Origin: an uncultured Chloroflexia bacterium
GTDB taxonomy: Bacteria > Chloroflexota > Limnocylindria > Limnocylindrales > CSP1-4
Reading direction: 5' to 3'
NCBI GenBank assembly: GCA_963813335.1
Contig: CAWEYL010000001.1
Coordinates: forward strand, 672,001-736,000
DNA: 64,000 nt
In this document: piece by piece, positions 41,054 through 50,454 of the stretch
Layout of the letters: each line of letters opens with the position of its first letter
Position numbering within the stretch: the first letter of the stretch is position 1
The notes under the pieces: generated by a model
The model's database searches: none
What the model was told of the DNA's origin: nothing
The model's input: only the letters and a program-made list of their open reading frames with translations
Made by a program: the position numbers and the translations under genes

Positions 41054-42163
41054 ATGTCCTCGATGAACCCGAACGCCCTCACCGTCGCCGTCGTCGGCGC
41101 CACCGGCGTCGTCGGCCGGACGATGATCACCGTCCTCGGCGAGCGCGAGTTTCCCGTCGGGGAGCTGCGCCTCCTCGCGTCGGGCCGCTCGGCCGGACGC
41201 ACCGTGTCGGTCGACGGCCGGACCATCGAGATCGGCGAGGCCGTGCCCGACGCCTTCGACGGCGTCGACATCGCGCTCTTCTCGGCCGGCGCCGACGTCT
41301 CGCGCGAGCTCGCGCCGGCCGCCGCCGCACGAGGCGCCACCGTCATCGACAACTCGTCGGCATGGCGCATGGACCCATCGATCCCGCTGGTCGTCTCGCA
41401 GGTGAACCCCGACGACCTCGAGGGGCACCAGGGCATCATCGCCAACCCCAACTGCTCGACGATGCAGCTCGCGCCGGTGCTCATGGCCCTGCGCGACAGC
41501 GTCGGGCTGGAGCGGGTCGTCGTCGACACCTACCAGTCGGTCTCCGGCACCGGCGCGGAGGCCATCGCCGAGCTGGAATCCCAGATCCGCGCCCATGTGA
41601 CCGGGGAGCCGCTCCGGGCCGAGGTCTACCCGCACCCGATCGCCTTCAACGCGCTGCCCGAGATCGACGTCTTCCTCCCCAACGGCTACACGAAGGAGGA
41701 GTGGAAGGTCGTCAGCGAGGACCGCAAGATCCTGGGACTGCCGGACCTGCGGATCTCGTGCACGGCGGTGCGCATCCCCGTATTCGTGAGCCACTCCGAG
41801 GCGGTCCACGTCGAGACGCGCGACCCGATCTCCCCGGAGCGCGCCCGCGCGCTGTTCGCCGCCGTCCCGGGCGTGGTGGTCCAGGACGAGCCGGCCACCC
41901 ACGACTACCCGCTCGCGACGGGCGCCGCGGGGCGCGACGAGATCTTCGTCGGGCGCGTCCGCCGCGACCCCTCGATCCCGCACGACCGCGGGCTCGCGCT
42001 GTGGATCGTCTCCGACAACCTGCGCAAGGGCGCGGCCACGAACGCGGTCGAGATCGCCGAGATCCTGGTCGCGCGGCACTGGGTCGAGCACGCGTCGGCA
42101 CGAGGCGCCCGTCCGTACCGGGCGCTCGAGCCGGTGGGGGTCTCCGGGGGGAGCGGAGGGTGA
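41054..42163 (+). CDS. asd: Aspartate-semialdehyde dehydrogenase
   Basis: VGATGVVG, IDNSSAWRM, IIANPNCST, DNLRKGAATN. Confidence 0.96.
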   Translation: MSSMNPNALTVAVVGATGVVGRTMITVLGEREFPVGELRLLASGRSAGRTVSVDGRTIEIGEAVPDAFDGVDIALFSAGADVSRELAPAAAARGATVIDNSSAWRMDPSIPLVVSQVNPDDLEGHQGIIANPNCSTMQLAPVLMALRDSVGLERVVVDTYQSVSGTGAEAIAELESQIRAHVTGEPLRAEVYPHPIAFNALPEIDVFLPNGYTKEEWKVVSEDRKILGLPDLRISCTAVRIPVFVSHSEAVHVETRDPISPERARALFAAVPGVVVQDEPATHDYPLATGAAGRDEIFVGRVRRDPSIPHDRGLALWIVSDNLRKGAATNAVEIAEILVARHWVEHASARGARPYRALEPVGVSGGSGG

Positions 42164-42901
42164 CCGACGCCGAGCGCCAGGCGGCGCTCGAGGCCATCGC
42201 GGCCGAGGTCCGCGACTGCACGCGCTGCCGGCTCCATGTCGGCCGGACGCGGTCCGTGCCAGGGGAGGGGAACCCCTCCACGGAGGTCGTGTTCGTCGGC
42301 GAGGGCCCGGGCTTCAACGAGGACCGCCAGGGCCGGCCCTTCGTCGGGCGGGCCGGCGACCTGCTGGTCAAGCTCCTCGGCTCGATCGGCTGGCGTCGCG
42401 AGGACGTCTTCATCACCAACATCGTCAAGTGCCGCCCGCCCGACAACCGCGACCCGGAGCCCGACGAGATCGCGGCCTGCGCGCCGTACCTGGTCCGCCA
42501 GCTGGAGATCCTCGATCCGGCGATGGTCGTGACCCTGGGCCGCCACTCGATGGGCCGGTTCATGCCCGGCGCGCGCATCTCGCAGGCGCACGGGACGGTC
42601 CGACCGGCCGATCCCGGGACCGGCGCCCGGGACGCGCTGGTCGTTGCGATGTACCACCCGGCGGCGGCGCTCCGGACCCCGGCCATCGAGCGCGACGAGC
42701 TACGCCGACGCCGCCACGATCCCGGCCGTCCTGCTGGACGCGCGGGCGCGCAGGGCGGACCATGCGAGAAACGCCCGTCAGGAGCCCATCACCGAGCCGG
42801 TGCCGACCGGCCCGCTCGACGAGACGACCACGGTCGTCGCCCCGCCGCCGCCCGATCCCGCGACCGCGACCGCCGACGCCGACCAGTTGACCTTGTTCTA
42901 A
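42160..42901 (+). CDS. Family-4 uracil-DNA glycosylase (+1 frameshift near 42696, probably an error)
   Basis: CTRCRL, VGEGPG, GRPFVGRAG, NIVKCRPP.NRDP, YHPAA; the shifted frame ends QLTLF*. Confidence 0.88.
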
Positions 42902-42918
42902 CCCGCTACAGGAACCGA

Positions 42919-44591
42919 ATGCCACCACCACCGACGAGAATCCGCTCCGCATCATCCCGCTCGGCGGGGTGGGCGAGATCGGCAAGAACATGTACGTGTT
43001 CGAGTACCGCGACGAGATCGTGGTCATCGACTGCGGCCTGATGTTCCCCGACGAGGAGATGTTCGGCATCGACCTCGTCATCCCCGATATCAGCTACCTC
43101 AAGGAACGCCGCCACATGGTCAAGGCGTTCCTCATCACCCACGCCCACGAGGACCACGTCGGCGGCCTGCCGTACGTGCTCCCCGAGTTCCCGGGCGTGC
43201 CGGTCTACGCCTCGACGCTCGCCCGCGGCCTGCTCGGCAACAAGATCAAGGAGCACAAGCTCCACAACAACCCGGTCCTCGCCCTCGACCCCGGCGAGGA
43301 GCTGGACATCGGCGCGTTCCACGTGATCCCGTTCCGGGTCGGCCATTCCATCCCGGACGCGATGGGCATCGCCCTGCGCACGCCGGTCGGGACCATCGTC
43401 CACACCGGGGACTTCAAGTTCGACCACACCCCCGTCGACGGCAAGCTGTCGGACTTCGCGATCCTGGCCCGGCTGGGGCAGGAGGGGGTCATCTGCCTCC
43501 TGTCGGACTCGACCCGTGCCGAGAACCCGGGCTACACGCCGTCCGAGCGGACGGTCGGCGACGCGTTCCGCGAGATCATGGAGCCGCTCGAGGGGCGCGT
43601 GATCGTCGCCACGTTCGCGAGCAACATCGCCCGCGTCCAGCAGGTCCTCGACGCCGCCAGCGACATGGGCCGGAGCGTCTCGGTCATCGGCCGCTCGATG
43701 GAGCAGAACTTCAAGATCGCGACGGACCTGGGCTACCTCAAGTACGACGCGTCGATGATCGTCTCGAAGGACAAGATCAAGGACCACCCCGACGCCCAGC
43801 TCGTGATCGCCACGACCGGCGCCCAGGGCGAGCCGATGGCCGGCCTGGCGCGGATGGCCAACCGCGACCACCGCTTCGTGGAGATCCAGCCCGGCGACAC
43901 CGTCATCGTCAGCGCGAGCCCGATCCCCGGCAACGAGGAGTACGTCTCGCGGACCATCGACAACCTGTTCAAGGCCGGGGCGAACGTCTACTACCACACG
44001 ATCAAGCGCGCGCACGTCTCCGGGCACGCCAGCCAGGAGGAGCTCAAGCTGATGCTCGGGCTGACCAAGCCCAAGCACTTCATCCCCATGCACGGCGAAT
44101 TCCGGATGCAGGTCCAGCACGGGCGCCTGGCGATCGAGACCGGGGTCAAGCCGGAGGACGTGTTCATCATCGAGAACGGGACGCCGATCGAGCTCTTCGC
44201 CGACGGGTCCGCCCGGCGCGGGAGCCCGGTCACGGCCGGGTACGTCTTCGTCGACGGCCTCTCGGTCGGCGAGGTCGGCGAGATCGTCCTGCGCGACCGC
44301 CGGTCGCTCGCGAACGACGGGATGTTCATGATCGTGGTGACCGTCGACAAGCAGACGGGCTCGGTCGTCGGGCGGCCCGAGATCGTGACCCGCGGCTTCG
44401 TCCACCTCAACGAGAAGGACCCGATCATGGCCGAGGCCGTCGAACGCGTGATGAGCGCCATCGACACGCCCGGCGACCACATCAGTGAGATCGCCCTGCT
44501 CAAGACCCAGGTCAAGGACGCCGTCTCGCGCTACCTGTACGAGCAGACCAAGCGGCGGCCGATGGTCTTCCCCGTCGTGGTGGAGGTCTAG
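42919..44591 (+). CDS. rnj: Ribonuclease J (ATG at 42919 is one base out of frame; probable indel)
   Basis: LRIIPLGGVGEIGKN, THAHEDHVGG, HSIPD, HVSGH, PMHGE. Confidence 0.95.
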
Positions 44592-44594
44592 GCG

Positions 44595-46907
44595 TTGGCC
44601 ACGCGCAAGCGCGCCCCCAGCCGCAACACGACCGGCTCGCGCAGCCGTCGCCGCAGCGGCGGCGGGCTCGGGAAGCAATTCACGCCCGACGTCGTCCGCT
44701 CGATCATCGGGATCACGTTGCTGGTGCTGGGGGCGATGACGCTGATCGCACTGCTGCTGCCCGGCAAGGGCGCGCTCACGAGCTGGTGGACGGGCGTGTT
44801 CGCCCCGTGGTTCGGGGCGATGCGCTGGCTGCTGCCGTTCCTCCTGCTGGCGGCCGGCGGCTACCTCGAGTGGCGCCGTCCGAAGGGCTGGGGCCTCACC
44901 CTGCTCGGGATCGCGATCATGTACGCCGGGCTGCTGGGCATCGTCCAGGTCGTCTTCGCCAGCCCCACCTTCGCCGGCGGCGGCCGGGTCGGCCGGTTCC
45001 TGGCCAACATCCTCGAGCCGCTCCTGACCGCGCCGGGCGCCATCGTCGTCCTGCTCGCGATGGTCGTCATCGGGTTGATGCTCGCCTTCGGCCTGCACCT
45101 CGACGAGATCTTCCGCCCGTTCGTCTCGGCCGGGAAGTGGTCGAAGACGACCGTGGCCGCGTCGCTCGCGCGCCCGCCGGCGACCGGGGCCGCAGCCAGG
45201 CCGGCAGCGGCCAAGGCCGGGGCGAAGTCGCCGGTCGCGGTCCCGATCCAGCCCGGCTCGGGCGACCCGGCCGTGCCGAGCATCCTCGACGGGCCGCCCG
45301 CGCCCGCCACCAGCCAGGCGCCGATCAGCCGGACGGTGTGGACCGGCGAGGGCGCCGCGCCCATGCCGGCCGCGAGCGCCGCCGTCGCCGTCGCCGCCCG
45401 CGCCGCCGTCGCCGTGGAGGAGGCGGACGGGCTCGAGTCGATCGCCTGGACGCTGCCCTCGATCGACCTGCTCCAGGCGCCCGTCCCGACTCGCGATGCC
45501 GGCCAGATCGACCACGCCGCGAACATCCGCCGGATCGAGGAGAAGCTCCAGCACTTCGCGATCCCGGCCAAGGTCGTCCACTACAACACCGGGCCGGTCG
45601 TCACGCAGTACGAGGTCCGGCCGGCTAACGGCGTCAAGCTGTCGCGCATCGAGGCGCTCAGCGACGACCTCGCGATGGCCCTCGCCGCCCGCTCGATCCG
45701 CATCGAGGCGCCGATCCCCGGCAAGGACCTCGTCGGCATCGAGATCCCCAACACGGTGGGCGAGGTGGTCGCGTTCCGGCCACTCGTCGAGGACAGCAAC
45801 ATGCTCGGCGCCACGAGCCCGCTGACCTTCGCCCTCGGGCGCGACGTGTCGGGCAAGGCGTGGGCGGTCGACCTCGCCAAGATGCCGCACCTGCTGATCG
45901 CGGGCGCCACCGGCTCGGGCAAGAGCGTCTGCGTCAATGCGGTCATCACGAGCCTGCTGATGCGGGCCAAGCCGGACGAGGTCCGCCTGATCCTGGTCGA
46001 CCTCAAGCGGGTCGAGCTGGCGCCCTACGACAAGCTGCCGCACCTGCTCCAGCACGTGATCGTCGAGGCCAACGAGGCGAAGGCGATCCTCAACTGGGCG
46101 GTCCACGAGATGGAGGACCGCTACAAGGCCCTCGCCTCGCGGACCGTGCGCAACATCGAGGGCTTCAACGCCCTGCCCGAGGAGGTCCGCGGGGAGCGGC
46201 TGCCGTACATCGTGCTGATCATCGACGAGCTGGCCGACCTGATCATGCGCGAGGGCCGCAAGGTCGAGGACCCGGTCGTCAAGATCGCCCAGAAGGCCCG
46301 CGCGGTCGGGATCCACCTGGTCCTCGCCACGCAGCGGCCGTCGGTGAACGTCGTCACGGGGCTCATCAAGGCCAACGTGCCGTCGCGCATCGCGTTCGCG
46401 ATGGCCTCGATGGTCGACTCGCGGACCGTCCTCGATTCACCAGGCGCGGAGGACCTCATCGGCCGCGGCGACATGCTCTACCAGCCGGTCGACCTGCCGC
46501 GCCCGGCCCGCCTGCAGGGCGTGTTCGTCAGTGACGCCGAGGTCAACGCCGTCACCCACCACTGGCTCGCCCAGGCCGAGGGCCGGACCTTCTACGAGGA
46601 GGCCATCCTCGAGTTCAGCGACGGCGAGGGGAACGGCAATGGCGAGTTCGCCTGGCTGGCCGCGCTCGACGTCGACGAGATGACCCCGCACGCGGCGGAG
46701 CTCGTGATGCGCGAGCAGAAGGCGAGCACCTCGCGCCTGCAGACGAAGCTCAAGCTCGGCTTCTCGCGGGCGAGTCGGGTGATGGACGAGCTGGAGCGTT
46801 ACGGCATCGTCGGTCCACAGGACCCGCGCAACCCGGCGACCCCGCGGATCATCTACGGGCCTGACAACTGGCTGCGCTCGACAGACGACGTCGACCGGGA
46901 CGATTGA
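44595..46907 (+). CDS. ftsK: DNA translocase FtsK/SpoIIIE
   Basis: N-terminal TMs, MPHLLIAGATGSGKS, IDELADL, ATQRPS, C-terminal gamma domain. Confidence 0.95.
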   Translation: MATRKRAPSRNTTGSRSRRRSGGGLGKQFTPDVVRSIIGITLLVLGAMTLIALLLPGKGALTSWWTGVFAPWFGAMRWLLPFLLLAAGGYLEWRRPKGWGLTLLGIAIMYAGLLGIVQVVFASPTFAGGGRVGRFLANILEPLLTAPGAIVVLLAMVVIGLMLAFGLHLDEIFRPFVSAGKWSKTTVAASLARPPATGAAARPAAAKAGAKSPVAVPIQPGSGDPAVPSILDGPPAPATSQAPISRTVWTGEGAAPMPAASAAVAVAARAAVAVEEADGLESIAWTLPSIDLLQAPVPTRDAGQIDHAANIRRIEEKLQHFAIPAKVVHYNTGPVVTQYEVRPANGVKLSRIEALSDDLAMALAARSIRIEAPIPGKDLVGIEIPNTVGEVVAFRPLVEDSNMLGATSPLTFALGRDVSGKAWAVDLAKMPHLLIAGATGSGKSVCVNAVITSLLMRAKPDEVRLILVDLKRVELAPYDKLPHLLQHVIVEANEAKAILNWAVHEMEDRYKALASRTVRNIEGFNALPEEVRGERLPYIVLIIDELADLIMREGRKVEDPVVKIAQKARAVGIHLVLATQRPSVNVVTGLIKANVPSRIAFAMASMVDSRTVLDSPGAEDLIGRGDMLYQPVDLPRPARLQGVFVSDAEVNAVTHHWLAQAEGRTFYEEAILEFSDGEGNGNGEFAWLAALDVDEMTPHAAELVMREQKASTSRLQTKLKLGFSRASRVMDELERYGIVGPQDPRNPATPRIIYGPDNWLRSTDDVDRDD

Positions 46908-47013
46908 GGGTGTCCGCTCGCCGTCGGCCGGCCGTTCGGGACGCGTGGGGTATGCTGACCGGCCTGAGGCGAACCCGGATGGCCGCCTCGCGATCGACGC
47001 CGACGGACCACCG

Positions 47014-48381
47014 ATGACGACACAGGACCGAACGAGGCGGACGACGTCGGGAGACCGCCCCGACGCGCCCAAGCCGGCCCCGGACGCCGCCACGAGCCTG
47101 CCGGAGCGCCTCTACGAGGCGCGCGAGCGCAAGGGCGTCGACCTGTACCGCGCCGAGCGCGACACGAAGATCCGGGCGCGCTACCTCGACGCCCTGGAGC
47201 GGGGTGACTACAAGGAGCTCCCCGGCGCGGTGTACACGAAGGGGTTCCTGCGCAACTACGCGCTCTACCTCGGCCTCGACGCCGACGAGATCCTCGAGCA
47301 GTGGCGGCGCGAGCGCGGTGAGCCCAAGGATGCGCCGGCGGTCATCTCGGTGCCGCGCCCCCTGGCCGCCCCGCGCCAGGGCCTGACCTTCTCGCCGTTC
47401 ATCGTCGTCCTCGCCCTCATGACCATCGGCGTGCTGGCGTTCGGGGCCTACCTGGGCGTCCAGCTCCTGCGCTTCGCGAAACCGCCGACGATCTCGGTCA
47501 CGGACCCGGCGACGGCGGTGGTCCAGGTCGACGACACCGCCACGTCGTACACGCTGCGCGGCGTGACCCTGCCGAACGCGACCGTCAACATCGACGACGG
47601 GACGCCCGGTCGCGACCCCTACCAGGTGACCGCCGAGGCGACCGGGCTGTGGTCGGCGAGCGTCGACCTGCGCCGCGGTCGCAACCAGTTCGATATCAGC
47701 GCCATCGACCCGGACACCGGCAAGCACTCCGAGGACACCATCCCGATCTACATCACCGTGCCGTTCCCGACGGTCGAGGCCCCGACGCTCACCGTCGACC
47801 AGCCGGCGGAGGGAGCCACGTACGAGAACGGGGCGATCCCGGTCCAGGGGATGACCACGAACGCGACCTCCGTGGTGATCACGGCGGCCTACACCGGTCC
47901 GGTCCAGCCGACCGGGGCAGGGAAGCCCACGCCGCCGCCGCAGAAGGCGCCGGCCCCGCAACCGGCGACGATCGCGGACGACGGGACCTTCGCCTCACCG
48001 CTCGAGCTGACGGGCGGTCACTGGGCGATCACCATCACCGCGTCGAGCGCGGAGGGCAAGAAGACCGCCCTGACGCGGAACGTGACCGTCGCCTACCAGG
48101 GCGTGAACGTCGTGGTGTCGATCCAGAACGGGCGCGCCTGGGTCAAGGTCTGGGTCGACGGCAAGGTGTCCGACGTCACCGGGTCGGCGGGTCGCGTCTT
48201 CGCCCCGGGCAAGGTCCTGACCTTCAACGCCGAGCAGTCGGTGGAGGTCCGGACCGGCAAGTCCAACGCCACGTACTTCACGGTCAACGGGATCGACCTG
48301 GGCCATATGTCCGCCTTGGGCAACCCCGAGACCTGGCTGTTCGCGCCGCCCGACGACCCGAAGCAGACCGACCGGCGCTGA
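47014..48381 (+). CDS. RodZ-like protein (HTH, TM, Ig-like repeats, DUF4115-like C-terminus)
   Basis: TKIRARYLDALE.G...YTKGFLRNYA.YLGLD HTH, a single TM, beta-rich extracellular part; follows ftsK. Confidence 0.85.
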   Translation: MTTQDRTRRTTSGDRPDAPKPAPDAATSLPERLYEARERKGVDLYRAERDTKIRARYLDALERGDYKELPGAVYTKGFLRNYALYLGLDADEILEQWRRERGEPKDAPAVISVPRPLAAPRQGLTFSPFIVVLALMTIGVLAFGAYLGVQLLRFAKPPTISVTDPATAVVQVDDTATSYTLRGVTLPNATVNIDDGTPGRDPYQVTAEATGLWSASVDLRRGRNQFDISAIDPDTGKHSEDTIPIYITVPFPTVEAPTLTVDQPAEGATYENGAIPVQGMTTNATSVVITAAYTGPVQPTGAGKPTPPPQKAPAPQPATIADDGTFASPLELTGGHWAITITASSAEGKKTALTRNVTVAYQGVNVVVSIQNGRAWVKVWVDGKVSDVTGSAGRVFAPGKVLTFNAEQSVEVRTGKSNATYFTVNGIDLGHMSALGNPETWLFAPPDDPKQTDRR

Positions 48382-48388
48382 CCGGTCG

Positions 48389-48913
48389 ATGGATACGCCG
48401 CCCACCTCGCACGCGGACCTCACGGACCTCGCCAGCCGGCTCCAGGCGGCGTGCCTTGCCCACGGCCAGACCGTCGCGACCGCCGAATCGTGCACCGGCG
48501 GCCTGGTCGCCCACGCCATCACCGCGATCCCCGGCGCGTCCGGTTACTTCCTCGGCTCGGTGGTCAGCTACAGCGACGCGGTCAAGCGGGACCTGCTGGA
48601 CGTGCCCGCCGAGCTGATCCGCACCCACGGGGCGGTCAGCGCGCAGGTCGCGCTCGCGATGGCCGCCGGCGCCCGGTCCCGCGTGGGGTCCGACCTCGGG
48701 GTCGGCATCACCGGCGTCGCGGGACCCGACGGCGGCACGGACGAGAAGCCGGTCGGGCTCGTCTACGTGGCGGTCGCCGACGCGGAGGGCGCCGAGGTCC
48801 GGCGCTACCTGTGGACCCGGGACCGGACGGGCAACATCGTGGAGAGTGCGGCGGCGGCGCTGCGGGCGCTCGTCGAACGGGCCGAACGACCCAGCGAGGT
48901 CGCCAGCCGGTGA
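48389..48913 (+). CDS. CinA C-terminal domain / NMN deamidase PncC
   Basis: AESCTGG, GAVS, ITGVAGP.GG..EKPVGLV. Confidence 0.92.
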   Translation: MDTPPTSHADLTDLASRLQAACLAHGQTVATAESCTGGLVAHAITAIPGASGYFLGSVVSYSDAVKRDLLDVPAELIRTHGAVSAQVALAMAAGARSRVGSDLGVGITGVAGPDGGTDEKPVGLVYVAVADAEGAEVRRYLWTRDRTGNIVESAAAALRALVERAERPSEVASR

Positions 48914-50454
48914 CGCGCACCTCCGAGGAGATCGGACGCGGTCTGGCGGCGCCGCGGCCGGGTCGGCCCATCGTGCCCGGCACCAGGATCCATGTGGTCG
49001 GCGTCGGGGGCGCGGCGTCGTCGGGGGCGGCCCTCCACGCCGCCGCGGCGGGAGCGGTCGTCAGCGCGTGCGACACGGGCGGGCCGGACCCGCTGACCGC
49101 GGCCGTGACCGCGGCCGGGATCCCGATCGCCTGGGAGCACGACGCAGCCCACGTCCGCGCGCCCGACGGCTCGCGGCTGGTCGACCGCGTCGCGGTCACG
49201 AAAGCCATCACGTCGGTCGATCCCGACCACCCTGAGCTGGTCGCCGCACGCGAGCTCGGGATCGAGCCCGAGAGCGTCCAGCAGGTGATCGCCGATGCCG
49301 CCGCGACCGGAGGTCGACGCCTGGTGGCCGTCACCGGCACCCACGGCAAGTCGACGACCTCCGGCTGGATCCTGGACATCCTCGCCGAGGCGGGCGCGGA
49401 CCCCTCGGGCTTCGTCGGGGCGATGCTGCCGGCCGCGATCGCCGGCCCGCAGCGCGGCGCGGCGCGGATCGGGGCCGGCCGCGACTTCGTCGTCGAGGCG
49501 GACGAGTACGCCGGGAACTTCGACCCGTACCGCCCCGACATCACGGTCCTGATCTCCGCGGAGTGGGATCACCCCGACGTCTTCGCGGACGAGGCGGCCG
49601 TGGTCTCGGCCTTCGCCGCCTGGATCGGCCGGGCCGGACCGGCGACGGGTGGGACGCCCACGCTCGTCGCCAACGTCGGCGATCGCGGCGTGCGCGCGGT
49701 GCTCGCCGCGCTGGAGGACTGGCCGGGCCGGCGCATCGGCGTCCAGCTCGTCGCCGATGCCGGCGAGGTCGCGCCCGGCGCCGCGATCGTCGGGACGATC
49801 GTCGGCGAGGACGGCGACGGAACGGACCTCTCGGTGACCGGCCTGCGCGGCCCGGGAGCGGCACCCGACCGCGTCCGCCTGCGGCTCATCGGCCGGCACA
49901 TGGCGATCGACGGCCTGATGGCCGCCGGCGGCGCGTACGCGACCGGCCTCGATGCCGACGCGATCCTGGCTGGCCTGGCGTCGTTCGAGGGCGTGGGCCG
50001 CCGCTTCGAGCTGAAGGGTGAGATCGGCGGCGTCACGGTCCTCGACGACTACGCGCACCACCCGACCGCGATGCGCATGACCTTCGCCGCCGCGCGGCGG
50101 CGCTACCCCGGCCGCCGGCTGTGGGCGGTCTACGAGCCGCTGACGTACCACCGCACCGCGGCGATGCTGGACGAGTTCGCGGCAGTCCTCGCCGAGGCCG
50201 ACCGGGCGGCCGTCATCGATATCTGGGCCGTGCGCGACCCCGACCTGACGATCACCTCGGCCGCGGCGCTCGCCGCGGCCACCAGCGCGCGCAGCGCGGT
50301 CCCGGTCGAGGCGATCGGCAGCCCCGAAGCCGCGGCGGCCTGGCTGGCCGATGCCGTGGTACCTGGTGACGTGGTGCTGATCATGGGCGGCGGCCGGTCG
50401 TACGTGGCCGCCGAGCAGCTGGTCGAGCGACTGCGCGCCCGCGCCGGCGCCTAG
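48910..50454 (+). CDS. MurC/Mpl-like Mur ligase (divergent)
   Basis: GVGGAA, GTHGKSTT, VEADEY, DHPD, GVGRRFE, DDYAHHPT. Confidence 0.85.
   Translation: MTRTSEEIGRGLAAPRPGRPIVPGTRIHVVGVGGAASSGAALHAAAAGAVVSACDTGGPDPLTAAVTAAGIPIAWEHDAAHVRAPDGSRLVDRVAVTKAITSVDPDHPELVAARELGIEPESVQQVIADAAATGGRRLVAVTGTHGKSTTSGWILDILAEAGADPSGFVGAMLPAAIAGPQRGAARIGAGRDFVVEADEYAGNFDPYRPDITVLISAEWDHPDVFADEAAVVSAFAAWIGRAGPATGGTPTLVANVGDRGVRAVLAALEDWPGRRIGVQLVADAGEVAPGAAIVGTIVGEDGDGTDLSVTGLRGPGAAPDRVRLRLIGRHMAIDGLMAAGGAYATGLDADAILAGLASFEGVGRRFELKGEIGGVTVLDDYAHHPTAMRMTFAAARRRYPGRRLWAVYEPLTYHRTAAMLDEFAAVLAEADRAAVIDIWAVRDPDLTITSAAALAAATSARSAVPVEAIGSPEAAAAWLADAVVPGDVVLIMGGGRSYVAAEQLVERLRARAGA

Noticed and set aside
42906-46316. 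1136-aa antisense ORF over rnj-ftsK, and similar long overlapping ORFs elsewhere
   Set aside because: Same shadow-ORF effect; fully overlaps well-supported genes
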